From the NCBI GenBank assembly GCA_036279515.1, contig DASUJA010000048.1, positions 19,479-83,478 on the forward strand: a stretch of DNA of 64,000 nt, given 5' to 3'. A model generated the notes under the pieces. It was not told the DNA's origin. It made no database searches and was given only the letters and a program-made list of their open reading frames with translations. Position numbers and translations under genes: made by a program. This stretch comes from Rhodocyclaceae bacterium. Its GTDB lineage: Bacteria > Pseudomonadota > Gammaproteobacteria > Burkholderiales > Rhodocyclaceae. Shown here one piece after another: positions 9,176-19,170 of this stretch. Every line of letters starts with the position of its first letter. Within the stretch, counting starts at the first letter, position 1.

Positions 9176-12084
9176 CAAAGGGAAATTCGCGGCGAGTGTG
9201 GGCTACTATCCCACGTATTCTGAAGGTTTTCCACCACGAGGGACAAGCGCGCGTTGGTCGTCAGTTCGGCGATGCGGGCGCGCAAGGCATCCAGGTCCAG
9301 GGGTTTGTGCTTGACGACGATCTGATGGGCAGTCATGTGGCGGATGATTGCCGGGTCCGTGTCGCCGGTAATCAGGATGGCCGGCAGGGTGGGAGCGAAA
9401 GTGTCGCGTAGATGGGCGATCACGTCGAGGCCGCTGTCGTAACCGCCGAGTCGGTAGTCCGAGATGACGATGTTGGGCGCTTTGCCTCCGAGCGCCTGCA
9501 TCAGTTTTTCGCGGGAGTTGCCCGCGATGACTTCGTGGCCCAGGTGGCTCAGGACGTGGGTGAGGGCCGCGACCACTTCGCGGTTGTCTTCCACCACGGC
9601 GATGCGCAGGGGGCGATGGGTGTAGGTGTGCGGCGGCGCTATGGTCGGATTTTTGCCCAGGGGCAGTTCCACCGCGAAGACGGACCCCTTGTCCAGATGG
9701 GAATGGACCCGAATCTTCAAACCGAGCAGGGCCGCAGTACGGGCTACGATGGCGAGGCCGAGGCCGGTGCCTTTGGTGCGGTCCCGTTCCTCGTTGTTCA
9801 ACTGACGGAATTCCTCAAAAATTTCCTCGGTCTTGTCGGATGGAATGCCGACGCCCGTATCCCACACCTCGACCCAGGTCTTGCCGCCCCGGCGGCGACA
9901 GCCGATGAGCACGCCGCCCTTTTCGGTATAGCGGATGGCGTTGGATACCAAGTTGGAAACAATGCGCTGGAACAGCACCGGGTCGCTGCGGCCGACGAGG
10001 TCGACGCTACGACAGCGCAGGGATAAGCCTTTTTCTTCGGCTTCCGGCCCGTGGGAATCTGCCAATCGCGCCATCATGGCCATGAGCGGGAAGTCGCTGA
10101 TCTTTGGGTGCACGACGCCAGCATCCAGCTTGGACAGGTCAAGCAGGTTGTTCAGCATTTCATTCAGGTTGTCTACGCAGCCCTTCATGGCTTTGGCCAA
10201 GAGGTATTCACTGGCGGGCAGTTTGCTGTCCAGGATGCCTACGTAAAGGGAAAGGGCGGAGAGGGGCTGGCGCAGGTCATGGCTGGCGGCCGCCAGGAAG
10301 CGGGATTTTGCGGCATTCGCTCGTTCTGCCTCGGCCTTGGCCGCGCGCAAGGCATCCGCTGATTGTTTGCTGGCGGTGACGTCCTCGGCAAACAGCAGCA
10401 CGCCGCCGATTTCTCGAGGGCCTGTGAACCAGGGTTTGACTTCCCAGCGCAGCCACCAGCCGCTGCCGTCGGCCCGGTGGAATTCGTCTTCGGCGCAACT
10501 CAAGGTTTCACCAGCTAGGCAGCGTTGGAGTGCGAGGCGCCAGCGCTGGGGAATGTCGGGGAAGACTTCATAGGTGCTTTGTCCCACGATGTCGTGGGTC
10601 AGGTTGAAGTCTTCCAGGAAGCGGCGGCTCACGGCCAGGTAGCGCATCTCGGTGTCGAGCATGGCGATGCCTACCGGCGCGCCGTCGATGAAGCGCTGCA
10701 GCTTGAGGCTGTCCTCCCGCAGGGCGTCTTCCGCCCATTTGCGTTCGGTCACGTCCACGCAGGCGCCGATGTAGCCGAGGAAGTGGCCGTCCATGTCCAA
10801 TCGTGGCTCGGCCCGGTCGGCAATCCATCGGTATTCCCCGTCGGCTCGGCGTACCCGATATTCCGCCTCGAAGACTCGCCGCTGGTCGAAGGCGTGCTGA
10901 TAGAGCGTCACACAGCGTTCCCGGTCGTCGGGGTGCAGGCCGTCGGTCCAGCCCATGCCCAGCTCCTCGTCCAGATTGCGGCCGGTGAAAGTCAGCCATT
11001 GGGCGTTGAACCACGTGCAGGCCCGCTCCGGTCCGGACATCCAGATAAATGCCGGCGCGGCGTCGGCCATGCCGCGGAAGCGGGCTTCGCTCTCGGCCAG
11101 GGCGGCGGTCCGCTCCGCCACCCGATGCTCCAGCACTGCGTTGGCTTCCATCAACTGAGCAGTACGCAATGCCACTTGGCGGCGCAATACCACGGTCCAC
11201 AGGGCGAGTATGGCGACTACCAGCGCCAATCCCGACGCACCCCAGATGGCGTAGCGAATGGGGAAGCTAGGGGCCGGTTCGTAGATGCGCAGCCACTTGC
11301 GGTAGAGCCGGTCGTATTCGCCATTGGCCTTGACCAGGATCAGTGCCCTGTCCAGCTTGTCCCGTAGGGCGATGTTGCCCTTGCGCACGGCAAAGCTGTA
11401 TTCCCGCCGGTATTCGCGGAGCAGGGGGCCAGACTTGATGACTTCGCCCAGCTTCTGCAATTCGACCTGACGATTGCCCTGGAGGGCGGGGGCGAGTAGG
11501 GCGTCATGCTGGCCCGAGGCGAGCAGGCGCAAGCCGTCGTCCAGGTTGTCCACCGCGATCAACTGCCGTTTGAAGCCCCGGTCTTTCAGAATGTCTTCGG
11601 CAGCGTCGGAACGAATGACGATGATGTTCAGGTTGCGTGCGTCCTCAATGGAGGAAATCTTCGGTCCGTTGCACCGCACGAAGAAGCTGTCGTAGCCGTA
11701 GGTGTGGGGCTGGGTGAATTCCACCAGCCCTTCCCGTTCCTTGATGCGGGCCACCAAGGGTAGAGCATCCACTTCGCCATTCTGGAGTTGCTGCCAGACC
11801 TTGTTCCAGCTATCCGACTCGAAGACCGTCGGTATGCCTGCCTCTTGGGTCACGGCGGCGAAGAGTTCCACGGCGAAGCCGGTGGATTGGCCCTTGGCGT
11901 CGATTCCGGCAAAGGGCAGGAAAGCGGATTCCGAGCCCACTCGGATCGGCTTTTCTGTCTGGGCCCAGGTGGCGAGGGGAAGGCAAACAGTGATGAGCAA
12001 CAGGGCCGCAATCCGTTGCCTGGCATTGGACTGATGGCGTGTGCGGTAGGTGAAACAAGAGGCCATAAGGCGGGTGGGCAGCAT
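9175..12084 (-). CDS. Hybrid sensor histidine kinase: periplasmic solute-binding (SBP_bac_3-like) sensor + TM + 2 PAS + HisKA/HATPase_c + C-terminal receiver
   Basis: Signal peptide, then an amino-acid-binding-protein-like domain. PAS with PAC motif (VDVTERK). H-box AASHDLRQPL. G-boxes (DTGVGIP, GTGLGLAI). C-terminal receiver domain (ISDYRLGG). Confidence 0.85.
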   Translation of the reverse strand: MLPTRLMASCFTYRTRHQSNARQRIAALLLITVCLPLATWAQTEKPIRVGSESAFLPFAGIDAKGQSTGFAVELFAAVTQEAGIPTVFESDSWNKVWQQLQNGEVDALPLVARIKEREGLVEFTQPHTYGYDSFFVRCNGPKISSIEDARNLNIIVIRSDAAEDILKDRGFKRQLIAVDNLDDGLRLLASGQHDALLAPALQGNRQVELQKLGEVIKSGPLLREYRREYSFAVRKGNIALRDKLDRALILVKANGEYDRLYRKWLRIYEPAPSFPIRYAIWGASGLALVVAILALWTVVLRRQVALRTAQLMEANAVLEHRVAERTAALAESEARFRGMADAAPAFIWMSGPERACTWFNAQWLTFTGRNLDEELGMGWTDGLHPDDRERCVTLYQHAFDQRRVFEAEYRVRRADGEYRWIADRAEPRLDMDGHFLGYIGACVDVTERKWAEDALREDSLKLQRFIDGAPVGIAMLDTEMRYLAVSRRFLEDFNLTHDIVGQSTYEVFPDIPQRWRLALQRCLAGETLSCAEDEFHRADGSGWWLRWEVKPWFTGPREIGGVLLFAEDVTASKQSADALRAAKAEAERANAAKSRFLAAASHDLRQPLSALSLYVGILDSKLPASEYLLAKAMKGCVDNLNEMLNNLLDLSKLDAGVVHPKISDFPLMAMMARLADSHGPEAEEKGLSLRCRSVDLVGRSDPVLFQRIVSNLVSNAIRYTEKGGVLIGCRRRGGKTWVEVWDTGVGIPSDKTEEIFEEFRQLNNEERDRTKGTGLGLAIVARTAALLGLKIRVHSHLDKGSVFAVELPLGKNPTIAPPHTYTHRPLRIAVVEDNREVVAALTHVLSHLGHEVIAGNSREKLMQALGGKAPNIVISDYRLGGYDSGLDVIAHLRDTFAPTLPAILITGDTDPAIIRHMTAHQIVVKHKPLDLDALRARIAELTTNARLSLVVENLQNTWDSSPHSPRISL

Positions 12085-12160
12085 GACGGGAGTCGGCCAT
12101 CGGGATTGTCCGGATTATGTAGGAAATACCTCATATTTCGCGGCCATGTGAGGAAGAGGG

Positions 12161-13315
12161 CTAATCGAGGAGTAATTCCTCCTGGTGGGCCACGGGAGTG
12201 GGATCTCGGGCTGAGCACAGGGCACCCACGCGAACGCCCAGTAGGCGCAGGCGTCGATCCAGGGGTACCCGTCGCAGGCACTCTCCAGCGGCTCGACGGA
12301 TGCCTGCCGCATCGGCGATGGGCTCCGGCAGGGTGAGGTCGCGGGTCACGGTGCGGAAGTCGTCGTAGCGCAGCTTGATGCCGATGGTGCGGCCCAAGTA
12401 GCCCTTGCGCGCCAGATCGCCGGCCACCCGTGTGCAGAGCTCGGTGAATATTTCGCCGAGCATCGCCCGATCCTGACGCGGGTGCAGATCCCGCTCGAAG
12501 GTGGTTTCGCGGCTGATGGACTTGGGCTCCGAGCGGGTGATCACGGGCCGGTCGTCGATGCCGTTGGCGGCCCGCAGCAGCCAGACCGCATAGCTTTGAC
12601 CGAAATGACTTTGGAGCAGGGCCGGATCGGCGGCGGCCAGGTCGGCGATGGTGTGGATGCCCAGCGCCGTCAGCTTCTCCGCCGCCTTGGGGCCGATGCC
12701 GTTGATCTTGCGCGCCGACAGCGGCCAGATGCGGGTGGGCAGATCATCCATGCAGATGATGGTGATGCCGTCGGGCTTGTCCAGGTCCGAGCAGATTTTC
12801 GACAGCAGCTTGTTGGGGCTAATGCCGATGGAACAGGAAAGCCCCGTGGCGTCGCGCACCGCTTGCTTGAGATGGCGGGCCAGGGACAGGCTGTCGTCGG
12901 GGAGGTCGGTGAGGTCGATGTAGATCTCGTCGATACCCCGGTCCTCAATCAGGGGGGCGATGGCCGCTACCGCCGCCTTGAACAAGCGGGAGTAATGCCG
13001 GTAGGCATCGAAGTCCGCCGGCAGCAGGATGGCGTCGGGCGCCAGCTGCGCCGCCTTCATCATGCCCATGGCCGAACCAACGCCCAGGGCACGGGCTTCG
13101 TAGGTGGCCGTGGTCACTACGCCGCGTCCGGCGTAGTCCTTGAGCCGGGTGAAGCGCAGGCTGCCGTCGGACAAAAGTTCCGGTGCCTGGTTACGGCGCC
13201 CACCCACGACGACCGGCTGACCGCGTAGTTGGGGATAGCGCAGCAACTCCACAGAGGCATAGAAGGCATCCATGTCCAGGTGGGCAATACGGCGGGGAAG
13301 TGAGAGTGGAGTCAT
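12161..13315 (-). CDS. dinB: DNA polymerase IV (translesion synthesis)
   Basis: Start HLDMDAFYASVE, the UmuC/DinB family signature, and later GIGPKAAEKL. Length 384 aa. Confidence 0.9.
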   Translation of the reverse strand: MTPLSLPRRIAHLDMDAFYASVELLRYPQLRGQPVVVGGRRNQAPELLSDGSLRFTRLKDYAGRGVVTTATYEARALGVGSAMGMMKAAQLAPDAILLPADFDAYRHYSRLFKAAVAAIAPLIEDRGIDEIYIDLTDLPDDSLSLARHLKQAVRDATGLSCSIGISPNKLLSKICSDLDKPDGITIICMDDLPTRIWPLSARKINGIGPKAAEKLTALGIHTIADLAAADPALLQSHFGQSYAVWLLRAANGIDDRPVITRSEPKSISRETTFERDLHPRQDRAMLGEIFTELCTRVAGDLARKGYLGRTIGIKLRYDDFRTVTRDLTLPEPIADAAGIRRAAGECLRRVPLDRRLRLLGVRVGALCSARDPTPVAHQEELLLD

Positions 13316-13557
13316 CAGTGGCTGAATTGTCCCGTGATTCGCGCCTATTCAGGAAAGTCCGACAGGATTTGTAGGCCCTTGCTCAGCGGTCGATGAGATT
13401 TTCATGGACACGTCGGCTTCTTATGTCGCACGTCACGTTGAGTTCCATGTTCATCACCTGCCATAAGCCTGCGATTAGCGGCAGATGGTAGAAGCTTGGC
13501 TCCCTTGTCGGACATCGACAAAGTTATTTTCTTTTACCCTTCAAATGGAACTCCATC

Positions 13558-14250
13558 ATGGAAGCGAATGAAGAAAAGCCTGATTTGGTCACCATCATGG
13601 CTTCTTCGATACACGATATGAAAAATTCCGTCTGCATCCTAGTTGACGGTCTTGAACGGATGCTGGGAAATCCCGTATTGGAGGGGCTGGAAGAACGGCG
13701 GGACGTGGTTCACATGGTGTATGAAACGAAGCGCATCAACAGCAATCTGATGCTGATGCTGACGTTGTACAAAGTCGGCAACCACATGTATCCCTTCGAT
13801 CCTCAGCCCCAATCCATCGAAGACTTTCTTTCCGCCATTGCGGCCCAAAACAAGCCCCTGCTCGATAACCGCAACATTGAGTTGGCGCTCGAATGCGACG
13901 ATAACCTCTTTGGGAATTTTGATGAGGATCTGGTCGCTGGAGTCATTGGACACGCCGTGAATAACGCTATCCATTACACCCGCGACAAGATTCGGCTCGC
14001 CATTCAGCAGGTGGACGGTTGGTTGGAGATTCGGGTCGAGGACAACGGCACCGGCTATCCGCCGCGCATGATCCAGGAAGGCGTTGATGCCATGCGTGGC
14101 GTCGACTTTTCCAGCGGCAGCACCGGCCTGGGCCTGTATTTCTCCGCCGTGGTCGCCAAGATGCATCGCCATCGCGGCATCCAAGGAGAAATCTTTCTTG
14201 AGAACGGCGGGGCCTATGGTGGCGGCTGTTTTGTTCTGCGCCTTCCCTGA
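13558..14250 (+). CDS. Small cytoplasmic sensor histidine kinase with no recognisable input domain
   Basis: H-box SSIHDMKNS. N-box AVNNAIHYT. G-boxes EDNGTGYP and GSTGLGLYFS. Confidence 0.7.
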   Translation: MEANEEKPDLVTIMASSIHDMKNSVCILVDGLERMLGNPVLEGLEERRDVVHMVYETKRINSNLMLMLTLYKVGNHMYPFDPQPQSIEDFLSAIAAQNKPLLDNRNIELALECDDNLFGNFDEDLVAGVIGHAVNNAIHYTRDKIRLAIQQVDGWLEIRVEDNGTGYPPRMIQEGVDAMRGVDFSSGSTGLGLYFSAVVAKMHRHRGIQGEIFLENGGAYGGGCFVLRLP

Positions 14251-14287
14251 TCCCATCGCTTCTTTGTAATTGATACTGGCAACAACT

Positions 14288-15931
14288 ATGCGCAAATTGA
14301 ATCTGTCGTCCGACAACGAAGTAGCGTTCGCGGACAAGGCTTTCCTAATCATTGATGACTTTCACGGCATGCGTGCCGTTCTGCGCGACATCCTGCGGTC
14401 TTGTGGTGCCAATAGTCGCAACATCAGCACCGCAAGCAATGGCGGCGAAGCGATCGCTGCCCTTGAACGGAATCGTTTCGACGTAGTGCTCTGCGACTAC
14501 AACCTGGGGGCCGGAAAGAATGGTCAACAGGTGTTGGAAGAAGCGAGGCATCGCCGTCTTATCTCGCCATCCTGTGCCTGGATCATCGTTACTGCGGAGA
14601 AAACCACCGACATCATCACAGGTGCTGCCGAACATCAGCCAGACACCTATCTGATCAAGCCGGTTACCGAAGCCATGTTGAGCCAGCGCTTGCGGAAAGT
14701 CTGGGCCAAGAAAGAAGCCTTCGCTGAGATTGATGCGGCTGTCGGCCGCAAGGATTACCGCAAAGCGATAGAGCTCTGCGATGAACGCTTGAAAACGGAC
14801 CAAGCGAACGCGGTAGAACTGATGCGGATCAAGGCGCAGATGCTGGTCGAAAGCGGCAAGCTGGCACAGGCCAAGGAGCTGTTCGAGCAAGCCGTTGCAG
14901 AGCGGGAGTTTCCCTGGGCGCGGGTGGGCCTTGCCAAAGTGCTCTACCAGGAACGTGACTACAACGCAGCCAAGTTTCTACTTGAAGGTGTCGTGACGGA
15001 AAATCGTACCTATGTCGAGGCCTACGATTGGCTGGCCCGGAGTCACGAAGCTCTGGGCGAACTGGAGGAGATGGAGCGTGTGTTGCAGATGGCGACTCGA
15101 ATTTCCCCCAACTCAGTGCAGCGGCAAAAGGCCCTCGGTGAGGTTGCCCTTAAGCTCGGCAAGCTCGATAACGCGGAAAATGCCTTCAAGAAAAGCGTTT
15201 CCCTCGGCGAACACTCGGTATTCCGTACCCCCGACGCCTATTTGGGGCTAGCCAAGACGTATGGTGTCAAGGAAAAGGGAGACGAGGCGCTTCAGGTGCT
15301 CGATGCCTTGACCAAAAAATTCGATGACGACACGGTCCAGATTAAGGCCCTTACCGTAGAGGGCATGGTTCATCATCAATGCGGCAACCCCGTTGGCGCA
15401 CGCAAGGTCGCCAAAGAGTTGATGCAGCAGATGGACCGCAAGCCGCAGTTCAACGACGGCGAGGCGGTGGTGGAAATGTCGGAATTCCTGATGATGACGG
15501 GAGAAGGTGAAAAGGCAGCCAGCCTGCTCCAGGAACAGGTCAAGCGCGACCCGGAAAACGCCGCGCTGCTGGAGCGAGTGCAGCAAGTCTTCGACACCGC
15601 CAACCTGGCGGACCAGGGGGCGCAAATGCTGGAACAGTCCCGCAAGGAGTCGATTGCTCGCATGAACGAAGGTGTGCTTCTGGCACGGGATGGCAAACTG
15701 GATGAGGCCGTGGCTTCGCTACGGGAAGTGCGGCGAGCCATGCCTCAAAGTGCTCGAGTTTTGTTTAATCTCGTACATGTCATCATCCTGCTTCTGAAAG
15801 CACGAGGTGGTCATCCAGCCCTTATTCAGGAAGCACGAGGAGCTCTTTTGGAGGCCAATCGCTATTCTCCTGGTGAGGCTAGATTCGGGCAGATGATGGA
15901 GATGTTGGAAAGCATTGCGTCAGCTCAATAG
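14288..15931 (+). CDS. Response regulator: receiver domain fused to TPR repeats
   Basis: Receiver domain (FLIIDDFHGMR...DVVLCDYNLG...YLIKP) followed by about 400 aa of TPR-like helical repeats. The ORF begins at TTG 14270; the first ATG is 14288. Confidence 0.75.
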   Translation: MRKLNLSSDNEVAFADKAFLIIDDFHGMRAVLRDILRSCGANSRNISTASNGGEAIAALERNRFDVVLCDYNLGAGKNGQQVLEEARHRRLISPSCAWIIVTAEKTTDIITGAAEHQPDTYLIKPVTEAMLSQRLRKVWAKKEAFAEIDAAVGRKDYRKAIELCDERLKTDQANAVELMRIKAQMLVESGKLAQAKELFEQAVAEREFPWARVGLAKVLYQERDYNAAKFLLEGVVTENRTYVEAYDWLARSHEALGELEEMERVLQMATRISPNSVQRQKALGEVALKLGKLDNAENAFKKSVSLGEHSVFRTPDAYLGLAKTYGVKEKGDEALQVLDALTKKFDDDTVQIKALTVEGMVHHQCGNPVGARKVAKELMQQMDRKPQFNDGEAVVEMSEFLMMTGEGEKAASLLQEQVKRDPENAALLERVQQVFDTANLADQGAQMLEQSRKESIARMNEGVLLARDGKLDEAVASLREVRRAMPQSARVLFNLVHVIILLLKARGGHPALIQEARGALLEANRYSPGEARFGQMMEMLESIASAQ

Positions 15932-16368
15932 GGCTCATATCGCTCGTCATCGCCGCGCAAAAATCTATCCGGCGATGGCGAGCAGGCTGACGTGACGGGA
16001 GCCAGACTCGCTGCACGTTGGCACTGAAACCACCCTTCGACAAAGCCGACTCCAACGGCGATAGCACTCCTAGCACTCCTAGCACTTCTACATCAAGAAC
16101 TTTGTCTTCCAGTACCAAGAACAGCGAAGCCGCATACATGATGCAGATGATGATGTTGACCCAAGCCTACGGTAGCAACCCCACTATGGGCCTGCTTAAT
16201 AGCAGCCTGTCCGTCTCCACCTGATCGCAGCCCCCCGCCGGCGAATGTTTTTCCATGGCGGAAATATGCCGTAACTTTTGGCACTGCCTTGTTCACGTTT
16301 CAGAAATCTCAGCTGTCTATAGTGCGGACTCATGGAAAGAACATTTCCTTTCGTCCAAGGAGACAGCA

Positions 16369-16971
16369 ATGACAACACCCCTTCCCGCTTTCGTTAGTAA
16401 TCCGTTACGCGTACAGCTTGGCGTCGTCAAGGCTGCTGCCCTGTTGATGGGCCTGAGCCTCTGTATGGGTGTCCGTGCCGCTCCGCCCGCAACTGGCGCT
16501 CGCCCCGATCAAGCGCCTAGCTACTCCGACTATTGCGGTGGTGGTGTCATGCGAGGCGGCGCACGCATGGAAGAACTGCACAAGCAACTCGCGCTGACGG
16601 ACGCCCAGGAAACTTTGTGGAAGAAGGCCCGGGATACCAGCGACAAGCTGCACCAGGATATGCGCCAGTCCATGCAGGCGCGTCACGACAAGCTTCGCCA
16701 GTCGTTGGAAGGCAAGTCCCCCGACCTGCGTGCCTTGGCTGACCAGATGGATAAGGATCGGGATGCCGATCAGCAAAGACACAAACAGGTTCAAGAAGCC
16801 TGGCTCAATTTCTACGACGCCCTCAACCCCGAGCAGAAACAAAAGGCCAGCCGCTTCTTGCTGGGCATGATCAATCGGATGGGTGACGGTCATGGGCGTC
16901 CCATGGGTGGGCATATGGGCAGAGGTATGCCGCCCGCTGGCGAGCACATGGACGCACCGATGCGGCGCTAA
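16369..16971 (+). CDS. Spy/CpxP/ZraP-family periplasmic protein with a Met/His-rich C-terminal tail
   Basis: AAGGAGA ribosome-binding site 7 nt before ATG 16369. Signal peptide. Two LTXXQ-like motifs (LALTDAQETLW, LNPEQKQKASRF). Tail GDGHGRPMGGHMGRGMPPAGEHMD. Confidence 0.7.
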   Translation: MTTPLPAFVSNPLRVQLGVVKAAALLMGLSLCMGVRAAPPATGARPDQAPSYSDYCGGGVMRGGARMEELHKQLALTDAQETLWKKARDTSDKLHQDMRQSMQARHDKLRQSLEGKSPDLRALADQMDKDRDADQQRHKQVQEAWLNFYDALNPEQKQKASRFLLGMINRMGDGHGRPMGGHMGRGMPPAGEHMDAPMRR

Positions 16972-17011
16972 GGTTCTAGTGTTTCCTCCCTCCCATCCTC
17001 CTCGGATGGCT

Positions 17012-17046
17012 TAGGGGATGCCTTGATGGCATCCCCTTTTTTCTAT
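17012..17046 (+). terminator. Rho-independent terminator
   Basis: AGGGGATGCCTTGATGGCATCCCCT followed by TTTTTTCT. The T-run abuts the next start codon. Confidence 0.7.
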
Positions 17047-18220
17047 GGAGCGTCCCATGGCAATTCGACTTCCGCGAACCTCTCACCATCGATATGGCGT
17101 CTTGGCGCTTGCGGTACTCGCGGGGTGTTCTTCTCCGCCTCCACGGCAGCCGGTGGATAACGCTCAGGTTCAGCAATTCGCGAGCAAGGGATATTTGGGC
17201 GAGGAGCAGTTTTCCATTCGCACTACGCCGCAGACGTGGATGGTGGCGGGGCAATCCATGGATGTGTTGTTGAGCGTGCCGGTGCGTCCCGGCCGCTATC
17301 CCCTGGTTATCTACTTGCCAGGCCTGGGCGAGAGCCGCATGGCTGGAGAGGTATGGCGCAATGCCTGGTGCCAGGCCGGCTATGCCGTGTTGTCGGCGCA
17401 GCCCCTGGCCAGTGATAGCCAGGTCTGGCAATCCCAGGATGCCCGCAACGGGGACTTCAAGCCCCTGGTGCGGGAGCGCTATTCCGACGCCATGATGGAC
17501 CAGCGCCAGACAGATTTGCGTGCCCTGTTGGCAGAGTTCCAGAAGCGCAGCCGCAGCGGCGATGAACTATTGGACAATGTGAACCTCGACAATATCGCCG
17601 TAGCGGGCTACGACCTGGGGGCCTACACCGCGCTCGTTGCCGCAGGCGACCATACTCGTAGCGGCAAGCCGTCCGCTCCAAAAAATGAATCGCCTTTCCG
17701 GGCCGTGATCGCGCTCAGTCCCCATGCCGACTTCACTGGCTCCGCTTTCGAGCAGCGTTACGGGGACATCAAGGTTCCCGTTCTCAGCATCACCGGCGAT
17801 GGTGATGCTGACCCTTACGGTCTGGGCATTTCATCCAATCTTCGTAGCGCCCCGTTTCAATACATGCCGCCGAAAGACAAGTTTCTCCTGATGCTGGAGA
17901 GCGCCAATCACGATCTGTTTGCCGGTAACACGCATAGTGCTGATGGTGGCAAACAGGAGGATGCCGGTCGGGAGAAAAACAATCGAAGCGAGCGTCGTCG
18001 CCGGGGCGTGGAAGCGGATATGGATGGCATGCAGGAAGGGCTTGGCAACGGGCGCAGCGGGATGGGCGGAACTGCCCGAGCCATGGGCCAATCGGCGGTG
18101 ACCAGCGTGACGACGGCTTTCCTCGACACCTATCTCAAGGACGACACCATTTCCCGTGAATGGCTGTCCCGCGATGCGCGGCGGTGGCTGAAAAACACGG
18201 GGACGCTGACGGTGAAATAG
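17045..18220 (+). CDS. Lipoprotein of the alpha/beta-hydrolase fold (PAF-acetylhydrolase / dienelactone-hydrolase-like)
   Basis: Lipobox LAGCSS. alpha/beta-hydrolase core (LVIYLPGLGES ... IAVAGYDLGAYTALVAAG). The nucleophile-elbow position reads G-Y-D-L-G, i.e. Asp where Ser is usual. Confidence 0.6.
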   Translation: MERPMAIRLPRTSHHRYGVLALAVLAGCSSPPPRQPVDNAQVQQFASKGYLGEEQFSIRTTPQTWMVAGQSMDVLLSVPVRPGRYPLVIYLPGLGESRMAGEVWRNAWCQAGYAVLSAQPLASDSQVWQSQDARNGDFKPLVRERYSDAMMDQRQTDLRALLAEFQKRSRSGDELLDNVNLDNIAVAGYDLGAYTALVAAGDHTRSGKPSAPKNESPFRAVIALSPHADFTGSAFEQRYGDIKVPVLSITGDGDADPYGLGISSNLRSAPFQYMPPKDKFLLMLESANHDLFAGNTHSADGGKQEDAGREKNNRSERRRRGVEADMDGMQEGLGNGRSGMGGTARAMGQSAVTSVTTAFLDTYLKDDTISREWLSRDARRWLKNTGTLTVK

Positions 18221-18428
18221 ACGGGCTATGTGACAAACGGTAAGAACCCACAATGGAATCCGGGCCAAGGCACGCCTCGTGCTGAAGGGGGCTGGGAAGC
18301 CAATTCGGCACGGTTCGCCGACGTGTGGGGTGGCTAACGTAAAACCTTGCCGCTTGCAGAAGGGGTATCGGCAATATTTGCCGGTAAGCGGCTAGACCCG
18401 CTACGAACCGAACGAGAAAGGTGCCGTC

Positions 18429-19142
18429 ATGACCGTTTCAAACATAGCCACCTCAAACGCGAGCAGCGTCGGCCAGTCCAACTGGAAATCGACGATCCAG
18501 CAAGGGCGCGAGGATTTTCAACAGCTTCTTCAAGCCATGCAGGCGGGGGACGTTTCTGCCGCCCAGCAGTCCTATGCTGCGCTTCAGCAACTAACCACGC
18601 CGGCTTCTTCCACGTCTACTGATAGCAGTGGCACGGGAGTCAATGCCGCTACGGCCACTTCCCAATCCACAGCAATGGGCGGCAACGCCGTGCTGTCCGA
18701 TTGGAACCAACTGGGCCAAGCCCTGCAATCGGGCAACACGTCATCCGCCCAGAGCGCGTTTTCCCAGCTTCAAAAGGATTTGCAGGCTGCCGCTGGCCAG
18801 GGCCACCATCACCACCATCAGGCGATCAGCCAGGCCCAGTCCGTTTATTCGGCCATGGGCGATGGGGATGGCGACGACAAGGTGCGCGCCACGAGCGGTG
18901 CTACAGGCACGCTGGGCACGACCGGCGCTTCCGGCAAGGGCGCCCTGCAATCCGATCTGAGCGCCGCGCAACAGGCCTTGCAATCGGGCGACACCCAGGC
19001 TGCCCAGAATCTGCTGGCCAAGCTTCAGCAGGATCTGGTGGCATCTGGACATCATCGCCATTGGGCCAATGCTGCTGCCAACAGCGCCACTACCAACACA
19101 GCTTCTACGGCTTCGACCGTCGCCGCCACTGCTGCGGCCTGA
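18429..19142 (+). CDS. Low-complexity Gln/Ala/Ser-rich repeat protein with His tracts (unknown function)
   Basis: GAGAAAGG before the ATG. Three degenerate repeats of about 35 aa (…ALQSG(D/N)xSxAQ…LQ(Q/K)DL…). HHHHH and GHHRH tracts. No signal peptide. Confidence 0.5.
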   Translation: MTVSNIATSNASSVGQSNWKSTIQQGREDFQQLLQAMQAGDVSAAQQSYAALQQLTTPASSTSTDSSGTGVNAATATSQSTAMGGNAVLSDWNQLGQALQSGNTSSAQSAFSQLQKDLQAAAGQGHHHHHQAISQAQSVYSAMGDGDGDDKVRATSGATGTLGTTGASGKGALQSDLSAAQQALQSGDTQAAQNLLAKLQQDLVASGHHRHWANAAANSATTNTASTASTVAATAAA

Positions 19143-19170
19143 CGGGAAACAGGATCAACGGAACATACCC

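Noticed and set aside
13316-13400. Possible LexA (SOS) box upstream of dinB, and likewise upstream of the dinD-like gene at 51914-52050
   Set aside because: No CTGT-N8-ACAG-type dyad found on either strand. The nearest match (CTG-N12-CAG at about 51990) has the wrong spacing.
16018-16224. 68-aa Ser/Thr-rich small ORF (MALKPPFDKADSNGDSTPSTPSTSTS...MMQMMML...)
   Set aside because: TTG start and no ribosome-binding site. The first ATG would give only 28 aa. Low-complexity. It may be a small peptide of the neighbouring low-complexity cluster, but coding evidence is insufficient.
16976-17431. 151-aa minus-strand ORF
   Set aside because: Overlaps the lipoprotein hydrolase gene in antisense. Arg/His-rich junk composition.
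18221-18428. Sigma-54-type promoter upstream of the Gln-rich protein gene
   Set aside because: TGGC and TTGC elements are present, but the GG-to-GC spacing is 15 nt rather than the required 10.
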